Below are positions 18,880 through 29,299 of a stretch of 64,000 bases of DNA, piece after piece. The notes under the pieces were generated by a model. The model was not told where the DNA came from. It did no database searches and saw nothing but the letters and a program-made list of their open reading frames with translations. The stretch's first letter is position 1; each line of letters opens with the position of its first letter. This stretch comes from Clostridia bacterium (lineage in GTDB: Bacteria > Bacillota > Clostridia > TANB77 > CAG-508): assembly GCA_045643205.1 (NCBI GenBank), contig JAZUKI010000010.1, positions 145,608 through 209,607 of the forward strand. The letters are read 5' to 3'. A program made the position numbers and the translations under genes.

Positions 18880-21800
18880 ATGCTAAACAGCAAGTTTGTT
18901 CATTTACATGTTCATAGTGAATTTAGTTTACTAGATGGATCAAATAGAATAAAAGATTTACCTGCTAGAGCAAAAGAGCTTGGAATGGATGCTATAGCAA
19001 TTACTGATCATGGAGTAATGTTTGGTGCTATTGATTTCTATAAGGAATGCAAAGCAAATGATGTTAAGCCAATCATTGGTTGCGAAGTATATGTTGCACC
19101 AGGCGACATGCACGACCAGGAAACAAAAACAATAGATGGTAGGAATTACTATCATCTAATTTTGTTGTGCAAAAATATGACTGGATATAAGAATTTAGCT
19201 AAACTTGTTACTTTAGGTTTTACAGATGGCTATTATTATAAACCAAGAATAGATAAAGAAGCGCTAGAAAAATATCATGAAGGATTAATATGTTCTAGTG
19301 CTTGTTTGGCAGGCGAAGTACCTACAAATATTTTAATGAATAATATGGAAGGCGCTGAAGAAGCGGCTAAATGGTTTAAAGGAGTTTTTGGAGAAGATTA
19401 TTATTTAGAAATTCAAAACAATGGTATCAAAGAACAAATCCCTGTAAATCAAAAACTTGTACAACTTTCAAAGAAATTAGATATTCCTTTAGTTGCAACA
19501 AATGATTCTCATTATTTGAAAAAAGAGGATGCATATAATCATGAAATTTTACTTTGTATTCAAACAGGTAAAAGAATTACTGATGATGATAGAATGAAGT
19601 TTGATACAGATGAACTATATATTAAATCACCAGAAGAAATGAGTGAATTTTTTAAAGCAGTTCCTGAAGCAATTGAAAACTCAGTAAAGATTGCAGAAAA
19701 ATGTAATTTGGAATTTGAATTTGGCCACACAATATTGCCAAACTATGAAGTTCCAAGCGAATACAAAACTCATTATGATTATTTTAAAGAACTTGCAGAT
19801 AAAGGTCTAAAAGAAAGATATGGAGATAATATAACTCAAGAAATTTTAGATAGAGAAGCTTATGAATTAGGCGTAATTGAAAAAATGGGATATGTAGATT
19901 ATTTCCTTATTGTTTGGGATTATGTACATTGGGCTAAAACACATGGCGTACCCGTTGGACCAGGTAGAGGATCAGGTGCTGGCTCAATTGTAGCTTATTC
20001 TATTGGAATTACAGATGTTGATCCTATTAAATATGGCTTACTTTTTGAAAGATTTTTAAATCCTGAAAGAATAAGTATGCCCGATTTTGATATTGATTTT
20101 GATTTTGAAAAAAGACAAGAAGTTATTGATTATGTTTCTAAAAAATATGGATATGATCATGTTACTCAAATTATTACATTTGGAACAATGGCAGCAAAGA
20201 TGGTAATTCGTGATGTTGCAAGAGTTTTAGATATGCCTTATAGCGAAGGCGATAGAATTGCAAAAATGATTCCAAATGAATTAAAAATTACAATCAAAAC
20301 TGCAATAGATAAAAATAAAGAATTAAAAGATTTATATGAAACTAATGGCGATATTAAAAAATTATTAGATATATCCATGGCGTTAGAAGGAATGCCACGA
20401 CAAGCTTCAACACACGCATGCGGTATTATTATTGCAAAAGAACCAGTTGTAAATTATGTTCCACTATATGCTAGAGATGGTGTTTTAGAAACACAGTACA
20501 TAATGACAACACTAGAAGAATTAGGACTTCTAAAAATGGACTTTTTAGGACTTCGTACATTGACAGTTATCAGAGAAGCATGTGAACTTGTTAAACAAAA
20601 CCGTGGAATTGATGTTGAATTTGACAAAGACATGAATGATCCTAAAGTTTTTAAACAATGGCAAGATGGAAATTCAATTGGAATATTCCAATTTGAATCA
20701 CAAGGAATGACAAACTTCATGAAGGAATTAAAACCAGATAATCTTGAAGATATAATTGCAGGAGTTTCTTTATATCGTCCAGGACCAATGGATCAAATTC
20801 CTAGATACATTGCCAATAAAAAGGATCCAGAACATGCAACATACACACATGATTCATTAAAACCAATTTTAAAAGATACATATGGTTGCATGGTTTATCA
20901 AGAACAAATTATGCAAATTGTTAGACAACTTGCTGGATATTCATTAGGACGTGCTGATTTAGTTAGACGTGCAATGGGTAAGAAAAAGCTTGAGGTTATG
21001 GCAAAAGAGCGTGAAAACTTTGTTCATGGAAAACTTGATGATGATGGGAATATAGAAATACCAGGATGTATACGAAATGGAATTGATGAAAATTCTGCAA
21101 ATAAAATTTTTGATGAAATGTCTGAATTTGCAAAATATGCATTTAATAAATCACATGCAGCTTGTTACGCAGTAGTAGCTTATCAAACAGCTTATTTAAA
21201 AACATATTACCCAGCAGAATTTATGGCAGCTATGTTAAATAGTTTTATTGGAAACTTAAACAAAGTTCCTTTATACATAAATGAATGTAGAAAATTAAAT
21301 ATTGAGATATTAAAACCAGATATAAATAGAAGTTATACAAAATTTACTGTTGAAGGCGAAAAAATCAGATTTGGTATGGGTTCTGTAAAAAACGTTGGAC
21401 TAAATGTTATAGACAACATTGTTAAAGCAAGAAACGAAGATGGACCATTTATAGATTTTACAGATTTCTGTGAAAGAATATATGGAGAACAAGTTAACAA
21501 GAAAGCTATTGAATGTTTAATAAAAGCAGGTGCATTTGATGAGTTTGGAAAAACAAGAGCTACATTACTTGCATCATTTGAACAAATAATAGATACAATT
21601 GCTGATGAAAAAAATAAAGGATTAGTTAATCAAATTTCTATGTTTGAAATTTCTACAGCAGAAACAGAAAACATACAGGATATGAAATATAGTTTCAATG
21701 AACTTCCAGAGTTTCAAGAAAAAGAAATGCTATCAATGGAAAAAGATATGTTAGGAATTTATATTTCAGGTCATCCTTTAGAAAAGTACAGAAATATACT

Positions 21801-22428
21801 AGAAAGAAAAACAAATATTAATTCAATTATAATTTCTGAGGCAAATGAACAATTAGAAGCAGATGGAGAGTGCACATTAAAAGATAATTCAAATGTTAAA
21901 TTAATTGGAATAATTACTGATGTAAAGAAAAAATACACTAAGAGCAACAAATTAATGGCATTTATCACAATAGAAGATTTATATGGAACAGTTGAAATTA
22001 TTTCATTTGAAACATGCTACAATAAATGTGCACAAGAAATAATTGAAGATAATATTGTATTAATCGAAGGCAGATTAAGCATCAGGGAGCAACAACAAGA
22101 TGTTACAATAATTGCAAATAGTGTTACTAAATTTGAGCAAAATCAAGATAAAAAAGAAAATGTATTAAATGTTTCAAATGAAGAAGAAACAATGATTACA
22201 AAGATTATTAGAAACAAGAAATTAACGTTAGATATTACAAATTTAGATGAAGAACACAAAGCTAGATTAAGAGGAGCAATTAGATTCTTTTCTGGAGAAA
22301 AAAACAATATTGCATTGTATGTAAAACAAGGCGAAAAAATTTCAGCTTGTGGTGGAATTTTTATTAACGAAGAAATTCTTAATGAATTTTCGCAAATAGT
22401 AGGAAATAGTAATGTTTTAAGCATTTAA
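18880..22428 (+). CDS. dnaE: DNA polymerase III alpha, DnaE type
   Basis: FVHLHVHSEFSLLDG, GPGRGSGAGS, PERISMPDFDIDF, YAFNKSHAA. Confidence 0.97.
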   Translation: MLNSKFVHLHVHSEFSLLDGSNRIKDLPARAKELGMDAIAITDHGVMFGAIDFYKECKANDVKPIIGCEVYVAPGDMHDQETKTIDGRNYYHLILLCKNMTGYKNLAKLVTLGFTDGYYYKPRIDKEALEKYHEGLICSSACLAGEVPTNILMNNMEGAEEAAKWFKGVFGEDYYLEIQNNGIKEQIPVNQKLVQLSKKLDIPLVATNDSHYLKKEDAYNHEILLCIQTGKRITDDDRMKFDTDELYIKSPEEMSEFFKAVPEAIENSVKIAEKCNLEFEFGHTILPNYEVPSEYKTHYDYFKELADKGLKERYGDNITQEILDREAYELGVIEKMGYVDYFLIVWDYVHWAKTHGVPVGPGRGSGAGSIVAYSIGITDVDPIKYGLLFERFLNPERISMPDFDIDFDFEKRQEVIDYVSKKYGYDHVTQIITFGTMAAKMVIRDVARVLDMPYSEGDRIAKMIPNELKITIKTAIDKNKELKDLYETNGDIKKLLDISMALEGMPRQASTHACGIIIAKEPVVNYVPLYARDGVLETQYIMTTLEELGLLKMDFLGLRTLTVIREACELVKQNRGIDVEFDKDMNDPKVFKQWQDGNSIGIFQFESQGMTNFMKELKPDNLEDIIAGVSLYRPGPMDQIPRYIANKKDPEHATYTHDSLKPILKDTYGCMVYQEQIMQIVRQLAGYSLGRADLVRRAMGKKKLEVMAKERENFVHGKLDDDGNIEIPGCIRNGIDENSANKIFDEMSEFAKYAFNKSHAACYAVVAYQTAYLKTYYPAEFMAAMLNSFIGNLNKVPLYINECRKLNIEILKPDINRSYTKFTVEGEKIRFGMGSVKNVGLNVIDNIVKARNEDGPFIDFTDFCERIYGEQVNKKAIECLIKAGAFDEFGKTRATLLASFEQIIDTIADEKNKGLVNQISMFEISTAETENIQDMKYSFNELPEFQEKEMLSMEKDMLGIYISGHPLEKYRNILERKTNINSIIISEANEQLEADGECTLKDNSNVKLIGIITDVKKKYTKSNKLMAFITIEDLYGTVEIISFETCYNKCAQEIIEDNIVLIEGRLSIREQQQDVTIIANSVTKFEQNQDKKENVLNVSNEEETMITKIIRNKKLTLDITNLDEEHKARLRGAIRFFSGEKNNIALYVKQGEKISACGGIFINEEILNEFSQIVGNSNVLSI

Positions 22429-22509
22429 TAAATGATTGTTTTCTATTGCAAAAATAACCTAAAATTGATACAATATATGCATATGATTTTACGGATTTGG
22501 AGGCAAAAA

Positions 22510-22965
22510 ATGAGTGAAGAAAATAATATGAATAATGTAGTTAACCCTACTGGGGTTCAAGAAGATAACGGAATCAACATTTCAAATGATGTTGTAGCTG
22601 TTATAGCTGGTATGGCTGCATCAAATGTTGCTGGAGTTGCTGATATGGCTGGAGGATTTGCTAGTGGTGTTTCAGAAGCTTTAAGCGGAAAAAAGAATAT
22701 GGCTAAGGGAATTAAAGTAGACATTAATGGAAATCAAGTAAAAATAGATGTTCATATTCTTGTAGAATATGGCGCACGTATTCCAGATGTAGCATTTGAA
22801 ATACAAAAAAACGTAAAACAAAATGTTGAAGCAATGACTGGATTAAATGCTAACGAAGTAAACGTACACGTTCAAGGTGTTGTTACAATGCAAAAAAGAG
22901 AAGAAAGCGAAGCTAAAATAGAAGCAGCTAATTCAGAAAATGATGATAAAAAAACAAAAAAATAA
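22510..22965 (+). CDS. Asp23/Gls24 family envelope stress protein
   Basis: ISNDVVAVIAG, VEYGARIP, MTGL..EVNVHVQGV; ATG 22510 after GGAGG. Confidence 0.9.
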   Translation: MSEENNMNNVVNPTGVQEDNGINISNDVVAVIAGMAASNVAGVADMAGGFASGVSEALSGKKNMAKGIKVDINGNQVKIDVHILVEYGARIPDVAFEIQKNVKQNVEAMTGLNANEVNVHVQGVVTMQKREESEAKIEAANSENDDKKTKK

Positions 22966-23003
22966 ATTCAAAAGCAAAGAAATAAACTAGGGGGATTAAT
23001 AGA

Positions 23004-23999
23004 ATGAGATTTTTTAAAGGTTTAGGATTATTTATATTTTCACTTATTATTTTTACTTTATCAATAGTTATGATTTTAATCGGATTAGAAGTAATAAAAC
23101 TTGAAGCAGTTGCTTCATTGATTCCATATTGTTTTGGAACACAACAAGCATCAATAATTACATATAGTGTTTGCGGAGTTTTAGTTGTTTTATCTTTACT
23201 TTGTTTATTTGGTAAATCAAACAAATCAAAGAAACAAGAACAAGAAAAAGGAATTTTATTAGCTAATTCAGATGGACAATTATTAATTACAAAACAAACA
23301 ATTGAAAACATTGTTAGTGGAGTTGTAGAACATACAACAACAATCTATGATGCAAAGCCATCTGTTATTATAGATCATTCAAACAATGTAAGCGTTAAGA
23401 TTCAAGCTACAGTTGTTGAAGGAGCAGTTATAAAAGATGTTTCTTCAAAATTACAATCTGATATAAAGAATGCAGTTAAGAGTGCTACAGACTTAGAAGT
23501 AACAACAGTAGATGTTGCAATAAGCAATATGAATGTAAATAATGGACAATATGTTCAACCATCAGCACCTGTTACAAATGAATATGTTCAACCAACAGTA
23601 GTACCAATAGCTAATGATGTTAGTGAAAGCACTGTAATGGAAAATAATTATGTTGCTGAATCAATGCCAGTAGTTGAAAATTCAACACCAGTTGTTGAAT
23701 CACAAGTTCCAGTAGAACCAACATATGAAAACACAATGGTTCCTGCTGATGATCCTGATGTTCCAACAATAGAAGAAATCAAAGCAGAAGCAGAAAGAGA
23801 AGCAGCAGAAGTTGATGCAATAATTGCTAGTGAAACAGCAAAGGCTAAAAAGAAAACAACTACTAAGAGAAGCACAACAAAGAAAACTACAACAGCTAAG
23901 AAAGCAACTACAGCAAAGAAACCTGCAACTACTAAAAAGACAACTACTAAAAAAACAACAGATAAAAAGACTACAACAAAGAAAACAACAAAAAAATAA
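23004..23999 (+). CDS. amaP: AmaP-like membrane anchor with extended acidic linker and K/T/A-rich tail
   Basis: Two N-terminal TM helices, Asp23-like domain, position between asp23 and DUF2273/nusB. Confidence 0.7.
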   Translation: MRFFKGLGLFIFSLIIFTLSIVMILIGLEVIKLEAVASLIPYCFGTQQASIITYSVCGVLVVLSLLCLFGKSNKSKKQEQEKGILLANSDGQLLITKQTIENIVSGVVEHTTTIYDAKPSVIIDHSNNVSVKIQATVVEGAVIKDVSSKLQSDIKNAVKSATDLEVTTVDVAISNMNVNNGQYVQPSAPVTNEYVQPTVVPIANDVSESTVMENNYVAESMPVVENSTPVVESQVPVEPTYENTMVPADDPDVPTIEEIKAEAEREAAEVDAIIASETAKAKKKTTTKRSTTKKTTTAKKATTAKKPATTKKTTTKKTTDKKTTTKKTTKK

Positions 24000-24036
24000 T
24001 AGTTCTTTAAGATTTTAAATATAGTAAGGAGAAGAT

Positions 24037-24279
24037 ATGGCTAATAATTCAAATAACAACAGTAATAATAACGGTTACGACGATTTGAAAAATTTCTTTG
24101 CAAGTTGTTGGGGAGGAATTATAGGTGCTATTATAGGCTTAATATTAGCTTGCTCATCAGCATATAGAATTGTAATTGGAATTGTTATTATAATTGCATT
24201 TTGTTGGGCAGGATATTATTTCCAATATCACAGAAATAATATTAAAAATAATTTAAAGAAATTTATTGATAAATTATAG
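24037..24279 (+). CDS. DUF2273-like small membrane protein
   Basis: GGIIGAIIGLILA TM hairpin; synteny with amaP and nusB. Confidence 0.7.
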   Translation: MANNSNNNSNNNGYDDLKNFFASCWGGIIGAIIGLILACSSAYRIVIGIVIIIAFCWAGYYFQYHRNNIKNNLKKFIDKL

Positions 24280-24295
24280 AATGAAGGGAAAATAA

Positions 24296-24718
24296 ATGAG
24301 CAGATCACAATCAAGAGAAGAAGCATTTAAACTTTTATATAGCATGAAGTTTATAAATGATTCTGATGCAAATGAACAAATAAAGCTATTTATTGAAACT
24401 GATGAAATCGAAGATGATGATACAATAAAATACATCACAGAAACATTAGATGGTGTACAAAAAAATCAAGAGAACATTGAAAAACAAATTGCTGAAAACA
24501 TCAAAGAAGATTGGTCAATTTCAAGAATATCAAAGATAGATTTAACTCTATTAGAGTTAGGTATATTTGAAATGCTTTATTCTAAATTACCATACAAAGT
24601 GGTAATTAACGAAGTGGTAGAATTATCAAAAAAATATGGAGATGATAATTCAAAGAGTTTTGTTAATGGTGTTTTGGCGAGTATAGTTAAAAAGAATAAT
24701 ATCGTAGATGAGGATTAA
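24296..24718 (+). CDS. nusB: Transcription antitermination factor NusB
   Basis: SRSQSRE, VVINEVVELSKKYG, FVNGVL. Confidence 0.95.
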   Translation: MSRSQSREEAFKLLYSMKFINDSDANEQIKLFIETDEIEDDDTIKYITETLDGVQKNQENIEKQIAENIKEDWSISRISKIDLTLLELGIFEMLYSKLPYKVVINEVVELSKKYGDDNSKSFVNGVLASIVKKNNIVDED

Positions 24719-24723
24719 CAATA

Positions 24724-25911
24724 ATGGATATAGAACCTATTACAGTCGAACAACTTAATAGATATATAAAAGAGAAAGTAGATACTGATGAATTTCTTAA
24801 TAATGTTTATGTTAAAGGCGAAATCTCTAATTTTAAACATCATTACACAGGACATATGTATTTTACTTTAAAAGATGAGAATTCATTAGTTAAATGTATA
24901 ATGTTTAAAAGTTATACACCTCATCTTTCTTTTATGCCTAAGGATGGAATGAAAGTTATAATATTTGGTTCGGTTTCTGTTTTTGAAAGAGACGGAGTTT
25001 ATCAAATATATGCTAAAGCAATGAAAGAAGATGGAATGGGCTCTTTATATGAAGCATATGAAGAACTAAAAGCAAAACTTGAAAAAGAAGGATTATTTGA
25101 TGAATCACATAAAAAACCGATTCCATCATTTCCTAAAACAATTGGAGTTCTTACAGCATCAACTGGAGCTGTTATAAGAGATATAATAAATGTTTCAACA
25201 AGAAGAAATCCAAATGTACACATAAGGTTATTGCCTGTTCCTGTCCAAGGACCTACAGCTGCTGAACAGATTGTAGCTGGAATTAGAAGAATGAACGATG
25301 AAAAAATTGCAGATGTAATTATATTAGGTAGAGGCGGAGGATCACTTGAAGATTTATGGCCTTTCAATGAAAAAATTGTTGCAAGAGCAATTTATGATTC
25401 AGAAATACCAATTATTTCTGCAGTAGGACATGAAACAGATTATAGTATTTCAGATTTTGTAGCTGATTTAAGAGCACCAACACCATCTGCAGCTGCTGAA
25501 TTAGCAGTATGCAATATGGAAGATGTTATATATACAATTGATTTATATCAAAGTAGATATAAAACAGCTTTAAAGAAAAAAGTACAATTGATGAAATTAC
25601 GTTACGAAAAATGCATGACACAAAGAGTATTCAAAGAACCTTTACAAAAAATAAATGAAAGAGCAATTATATTAGATCAATTAGTTAAGTCACTAACTAA
25701 TTCTACAAAACTTAAAATAAGTGATTGTAAAAAAGAATTTATTGAAGTAGCTACTAAGATTGATTCTTTAAGTCCAATGAAAACAATGGCTAGAGGATAT
25801 TCAATTGTAGAAAAAGATGGAAAGCTAGTTAAAAAAATTAGTGATGTAAACAAAGATGATGAGTTATCTATTAGATTATCTGATGGACAAATAATAACAA
25901 AAGTTTTGTAG
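24724..25911 (+). CDS. xseA: Exonuclease VII large subunit
   Basis: GEISNF, GHMYFTLKD, RGGGSLEDLWPFNE, GHETD, TPSAAAE. Confidence 0.97.
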   Translation: MDIEPITVEQLNRYIKEKVDTDEFLNNVYVKGEISNFKHHYTGHMYFTLKDENSLVKCIMFKSYTPHLSFMPKDGMKVIIFGSVSVFERDGVYQIYAKAMKEDGMGSLYEAYEELKAKLEKEGLFDESHKKPIPSFPKTIGVLTASTGAVIRDIINVSTRRNPNVHIRLLPVPVQGPTAAEQIVAGIRRMNDEKIADVIILGRGGGSLEDLWPFNEKIVARAIYDSEIPIISAVGHETDYSISDFVADLRAPTPSAAAELAVCNMEDVIYTIDLYQSRYKTALKKKVQLMKLRYEKCMTQRVFKEPLQKINERAIILDQLVKSLTNSTKLKISDCKKEFIEVATKIDSLSPMKTMARGYSIVEKDGKLVKKISDVNKDDELSIRLSDGQIITKVL

Positions 25912-25921
25912 GAGATGTTTT

Positions 25922-26152
25922 ATGAGTAAAGAAGAGAATGAAATAGATTTTGAAAAATCAATGGAAAAATTAGAAGAGATAGCTAAAGATCTTGAAAGAG
26001 ATGATTTATCTTTAAACGATTCAGTTAAGAAATTTGAAGAAGGTATGAAGATATCTCAAGAATGTAAAAAAGTATTAGATGAAGCTGAAAAGAAGATTAC
26101 AGTTTTAATTGATAATACTGAAAAAGATTTTGAAATAGATTCAGAAGAATAA
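25922..26152 (+). CDS. xseB: Exonuclease VII small subunit
   Basis: FEKSMEKLEEI...LSLNDSVKKFEEG. Confidence 0.93.
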   Translation: MSKEENEIDFEKSMEKLEEIAKDLERDDLSLNDSVKKFEEGMKISQECKKVLDEAEKKITVLIDNTEKDFEIDSEE

Positions 26153-26184
26153 AATCAAAACATAAGTAAAAAAGAAGGAAAAAT

Positions 26185-26610
26185 ATGAGAGAATTTTTTA
26201 ATTATCATTTTTATTGGTTAGTTCCAGTTTTAACATGGATTGGAATTCAACTTTTTAAATTTATATACGATAGAGTTGAAACAGGAAAGTGGCATATAGA
26301 CAGACTTTTAGGTTCTGGTGGAATGCCAAGTTCACATTCAGCTTTAGTAATGTGCTTAGCAACTTTAATTGGAAAACATGTAGGACTTGATACACCAACA
26401 TTTGCTATATCTGCAATTTTAGCAGGAATCGTAATGTTTGATGCTGCTGGAGTTAGAAGAGCTGTTGGAAAACAAGCTAAAATAATTAATGAAACATTAT
26501 TAGCAAAAGATAAATCTGGAGAACAAAAACTACAAGAATTAGTTGGACATTCACCATTTCAAGTTTTAATTGGAGCTTTAATAGGATTTATAGTTGGAAT
26601 TATAATGTAG
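26185..26610 (+). CDS. Divergent PAP2 family (DUF212) membrane protein
   Basis: SGGMPSSHSA, FDAAGVRRAVG, LVGHSPFQV. Confidence 0.9.
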   Translation: MREFFNYHFYWLVPVLTWIGIQLFKFIYDRVETGKWHIDRLLGSGGMPSSHSALVMCLATLIGKHVGLDTPTFAISAILAGIVMFDAAGVRRAVGKQAKIINETLLAKDKSGEQKLQELVGHSPFQVLIGALIGFIVGIIM

Positions 26611-26643
26611 TAATTATTCTAGTAGAATGGAGGATGATATAAT

Positions 26644-28317
26644 ATGGAAGATATTGAAATTGCAAGAAATACTGAATTAGAGGAGATTTCAACAATTACA
26701 GACAAATTAAATATTCCAAATAAATATGTTGAACCATATGGACATTACAAAGCTAAAATTAATTTAGAATATTTAAAAGAAATTTCAAATAATAAAAGTG
26801 GAAAGCTAATTTTAACAACCTCTATTAATCCAACACCTTTAGGTGAAGGAAAAACAACAATGGCTATTGGAATTGCCGATGCATTAAGAGCTATTGGCAA
26901 GAAATCAATTTTAGCATTGAGAGAACCTTCATTAGGTCCTGTTTTTGGAATTAAAGGTGGTGCTACAGGTGGAGGATATTCACAAGTTGCACCAATGGAA
27001 GATATTAATCTTCATTTTACTGGTGATTTACATGCAATTACATGTGCAAACAATTTATTAAGTTCAATGATAGATAATCATATTTTCCAAGGTAATGCTT
27101 TGCAAATTGAAAGAGTAACTTGGAAAAGATGTTTAGATTTAAATGATAGAAGTTTAAGAGCAGTTACAATTGGTCAATCTGGTGAAAAAAATATGATACC
27201 AAGAGAAGATGGATTTGATATTACTGCTGCATCAGAAATAATGGCAATTTTATGTTTAGCTACAAGTATAAAAAATTTAAAAGAAAGATTAGGAAACATC
27301 TTAATAGGATACAACATTAATGGAAATCCTGTATATTGCAAAGATATTAATGCACAAGGTGCAATGACAGTTGTTTTAAAAGATGCATTAAATCCTAATA
27401 TTGTTCAAACACTTGAACATACACCTGCTATTATACATGGTGGACCATTCGCAAATATTGCGCATGGTTGTAACTCTATTTTAGCTACAAATATGGCTTT
27501 AAAACTTGGAGATTATGTTGTTACAGAAGCAGGATTTGGAGCTGATTTAGGGGCAGAAAAATTTTTAGATATTAAACGTAGAAAATTAGAAAAGAATGTA
27601 GATTGCGTTGTTATTGTTGCTACAATTAAAGCTTTAAAATATCATGGCGGCCTATCTAAAGATGAAGTAAAACAAGAAAACATTGAAGCACTAAGAAAAG
27701 GATTTAATAATTTAAAACACCATATTGATGTTATAAAAAATGTTTATAATTTAAAACCAATAGTTGCAATAAACAAATTTGGTTTTGATACAGAAAATGA
27801 AATAACTACATTAAAATCATTACTTGATGCAGAAGATGTAGAAATGAGTTTAGATGAATCATTTGCAAAAGGATCAGAAGGTGCAATTGATTTAGCAAAT
27901 AAAATAGTTGAAATTTGCAATAATTCAGAAGAAGATAACAAAGAGAAAAAATACTCATATGATATTAACGAAGATATTATTACTAAATTTGAAAATGTTG
28001 CAAAGAATGTATATGGAGCTGAAGGAGTAACTATTTCAGATGAAGCTCTAGCAGAAATTAAGAAAATTGAAAACATGGGATATTCAAAATTCCCTGTATG
28101 TATAGCAAAAACACAATATTCATTATCAGACGATGATAAGAATTTATTAGTGAAAGAACCATTTAGTATCAATATACGTGAAGTAAGATTACGTACAGGT
28201 GCTGAATTTATAGTAGGTATTACAGGAAAACTAATGACAATGCCAGGACTTTCTAAAACACCTGCAGCAGAAAAAATAGACATTGATGAAAACGACAATA
28301 TTATTGGAATTTTCTAA
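26644..28317 (+). CDS. fhs: Formate--tetrahydrofolate ligase
   Basis: INPTPLGEGKTT, GIKGGATGGGYSQV, HGGPFANIAHG, TMPGL. Confidence 0.97.
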   Translation: MEDIEIARNTELEEISTITDKLNIPNKYVEPYGHYKAKINLEYLKEISNNKSGKLILTTSINPTPLGEGKTTMAIGIADALRAIGKKSILALREPSLGPVFGIKGGATGGGYSQVAPMEDINLHFTGDLHAITCANNLLSSMIDNHIFQGNALQIERVTWKRCLDLNDRSLRAVTIGQSGEKNMIPREDGFDITAASEIMAILCLATSIKNLKERLGNILIGYNINGNPVYCKDINAQGAMTVVLKDALNPNIVQTLEHTPAIIHGGPFANIAHGCNSILATNMALKLGDYVVTEAGFGADLGAEKFLDIKRRKLEKNVDCVVIVATIKALKYHGGLSKDEVKQENIEALRKGFNNLKHHIDVIKNVYNLKPIVAINKFGFDTENEITTLKSLLDAEDVEMSLDESFAKGSEGAIDLANKIVEICNNSEEDNKEKKYSYDINEDIITKFENVAKNVYGAEGVTISDEALAEIKKIENMGYSKFPVCIAKTQYSLSDDDKNLLVKEPFSINIREVRLRTGAEFIVGITGKLMTMPGLSKTPAAEKIDIDENDNIIGIF

Positions 28318-28404
28318 AAATAAAAACGAATATAAATATAAATACAAATACAAAATATTAAATATTAAATGTTGAATAATAAATAATAAATTGAAAGGAC
28401 AGAT

Positions 28405-29286
28405 ATGAGCTTTTTTGACAAACTAAAACAAGGACTTCACAAAACAAAAATTGCTTTTGGTTTTACTAAAGTAGATGATAATTTATTAGAAGAACTTGAA
28501 GAACAATTAATAATGGCAGATGCCGGATTAGAAACATCAGAAGAAATAGTTAAAAGTCTTAGATCTTCAATTAAAAGTAAAGGAATAGAAGATCCAGAAG
28601 CAGTAAAAGTAGAAATAAAAGAAATTTTAAAAGAAGTTTTTAAAGAAAATGATTCAAAACTTCATTTGGAAAATAGTCCAGCAGTAATATTAATGGTTGG
28701 AGTAAATGGAGCAGGAAAAACTACATCAATTGGAAAAATTGCAAGCAAGTTAACTAGAAGTGGTAAAAAAGTATTAATAGCAGCTGGAGATACTTTTAGA
28801 GCTGCAGCAGTTGAACAATTAGAAGTTTGGGCTGAGAGATCAGGTTCAGATATTATAAAAGGAAATGAAAATGAAGATCCTTCATCAGTAATATTTGCAG
28901 CATGTGAAAAAGCAAAAAATGAAAATTATGATGTTTTAATTTGTGATACAGCAGGAAGATTGCAAAATAAGAAATATTTAATGGATGAATTAGAAAAGAT
29001 GAAGAGAGTAATTGATAGAGAATTACCAGATTCATCAAAAGAAACAATTTTAGTATTAGATGGATCAACAGGACAAAATGCTATTTCACAAGTAAGTTCA
29101 TTCAGCGAATGTACTGGAATTACAGGACTAATTGTTACTAAACTAGATGGAACAGCAAAAGGTGGCGTAATAATAAGACTAGTAAAAGAAAATAAAATTC
29201 CAATTAAATTTATTGGAGTTGGAGAAAAAATTGATGACATGGAAGAATTCAATAGTGAAGAATTCATAGATGCTATTATTTCTTAA
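28405..29286 (+). CDS. ftsY: SRP receptor FtsY
   Basis: GVNGAGKTT, DTFRAAA, DTAGR, TKLDGTAKGG. Confidence 0.97.
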   Translation: MSFFDKLKQGLHKTKIAFGFTKVDDNLLEELEEQLIMADAGLETSEEIVKSLRSSIKSKGIEDPEAVKVEIKEILKEVFKENDSKLHLENSPAVILMVGVNGAGKTTSIGKIASKLTRSGKKVLIAAGDTFRAAAVEQLEVWAERSGSDIIKGNENEDPSSVIFAACEKAKNENYDVLICDTAGRLQNKKYLMDELEKMKRVIDRELPDSSKETILVLDGSTGQNAISQVSSFSECTGITGLIVTKLDGTAKGGVIIRLVKENKIPIKFIGVGEKIDDMEEFNSEEFIDAIIS

Positions 29287-29299
29287 TAAGGAGAGGGTT

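Noticed and set aside
23824-24018. Alternative-frame Q/L/R-rich 64-aa ORF
   Set aside because: Frame-shifted reading of the low-complexity K/T tail of amaP; no RBS
15598-27582. Single substitutions in conserved motifs (PolC GIPESGT for GIPEFGT; Fhs DIKRR for DIKCR)
   Set aside because: Isolated changes in otherwise intact frames; cannot tell lineage variation from error without an alignment
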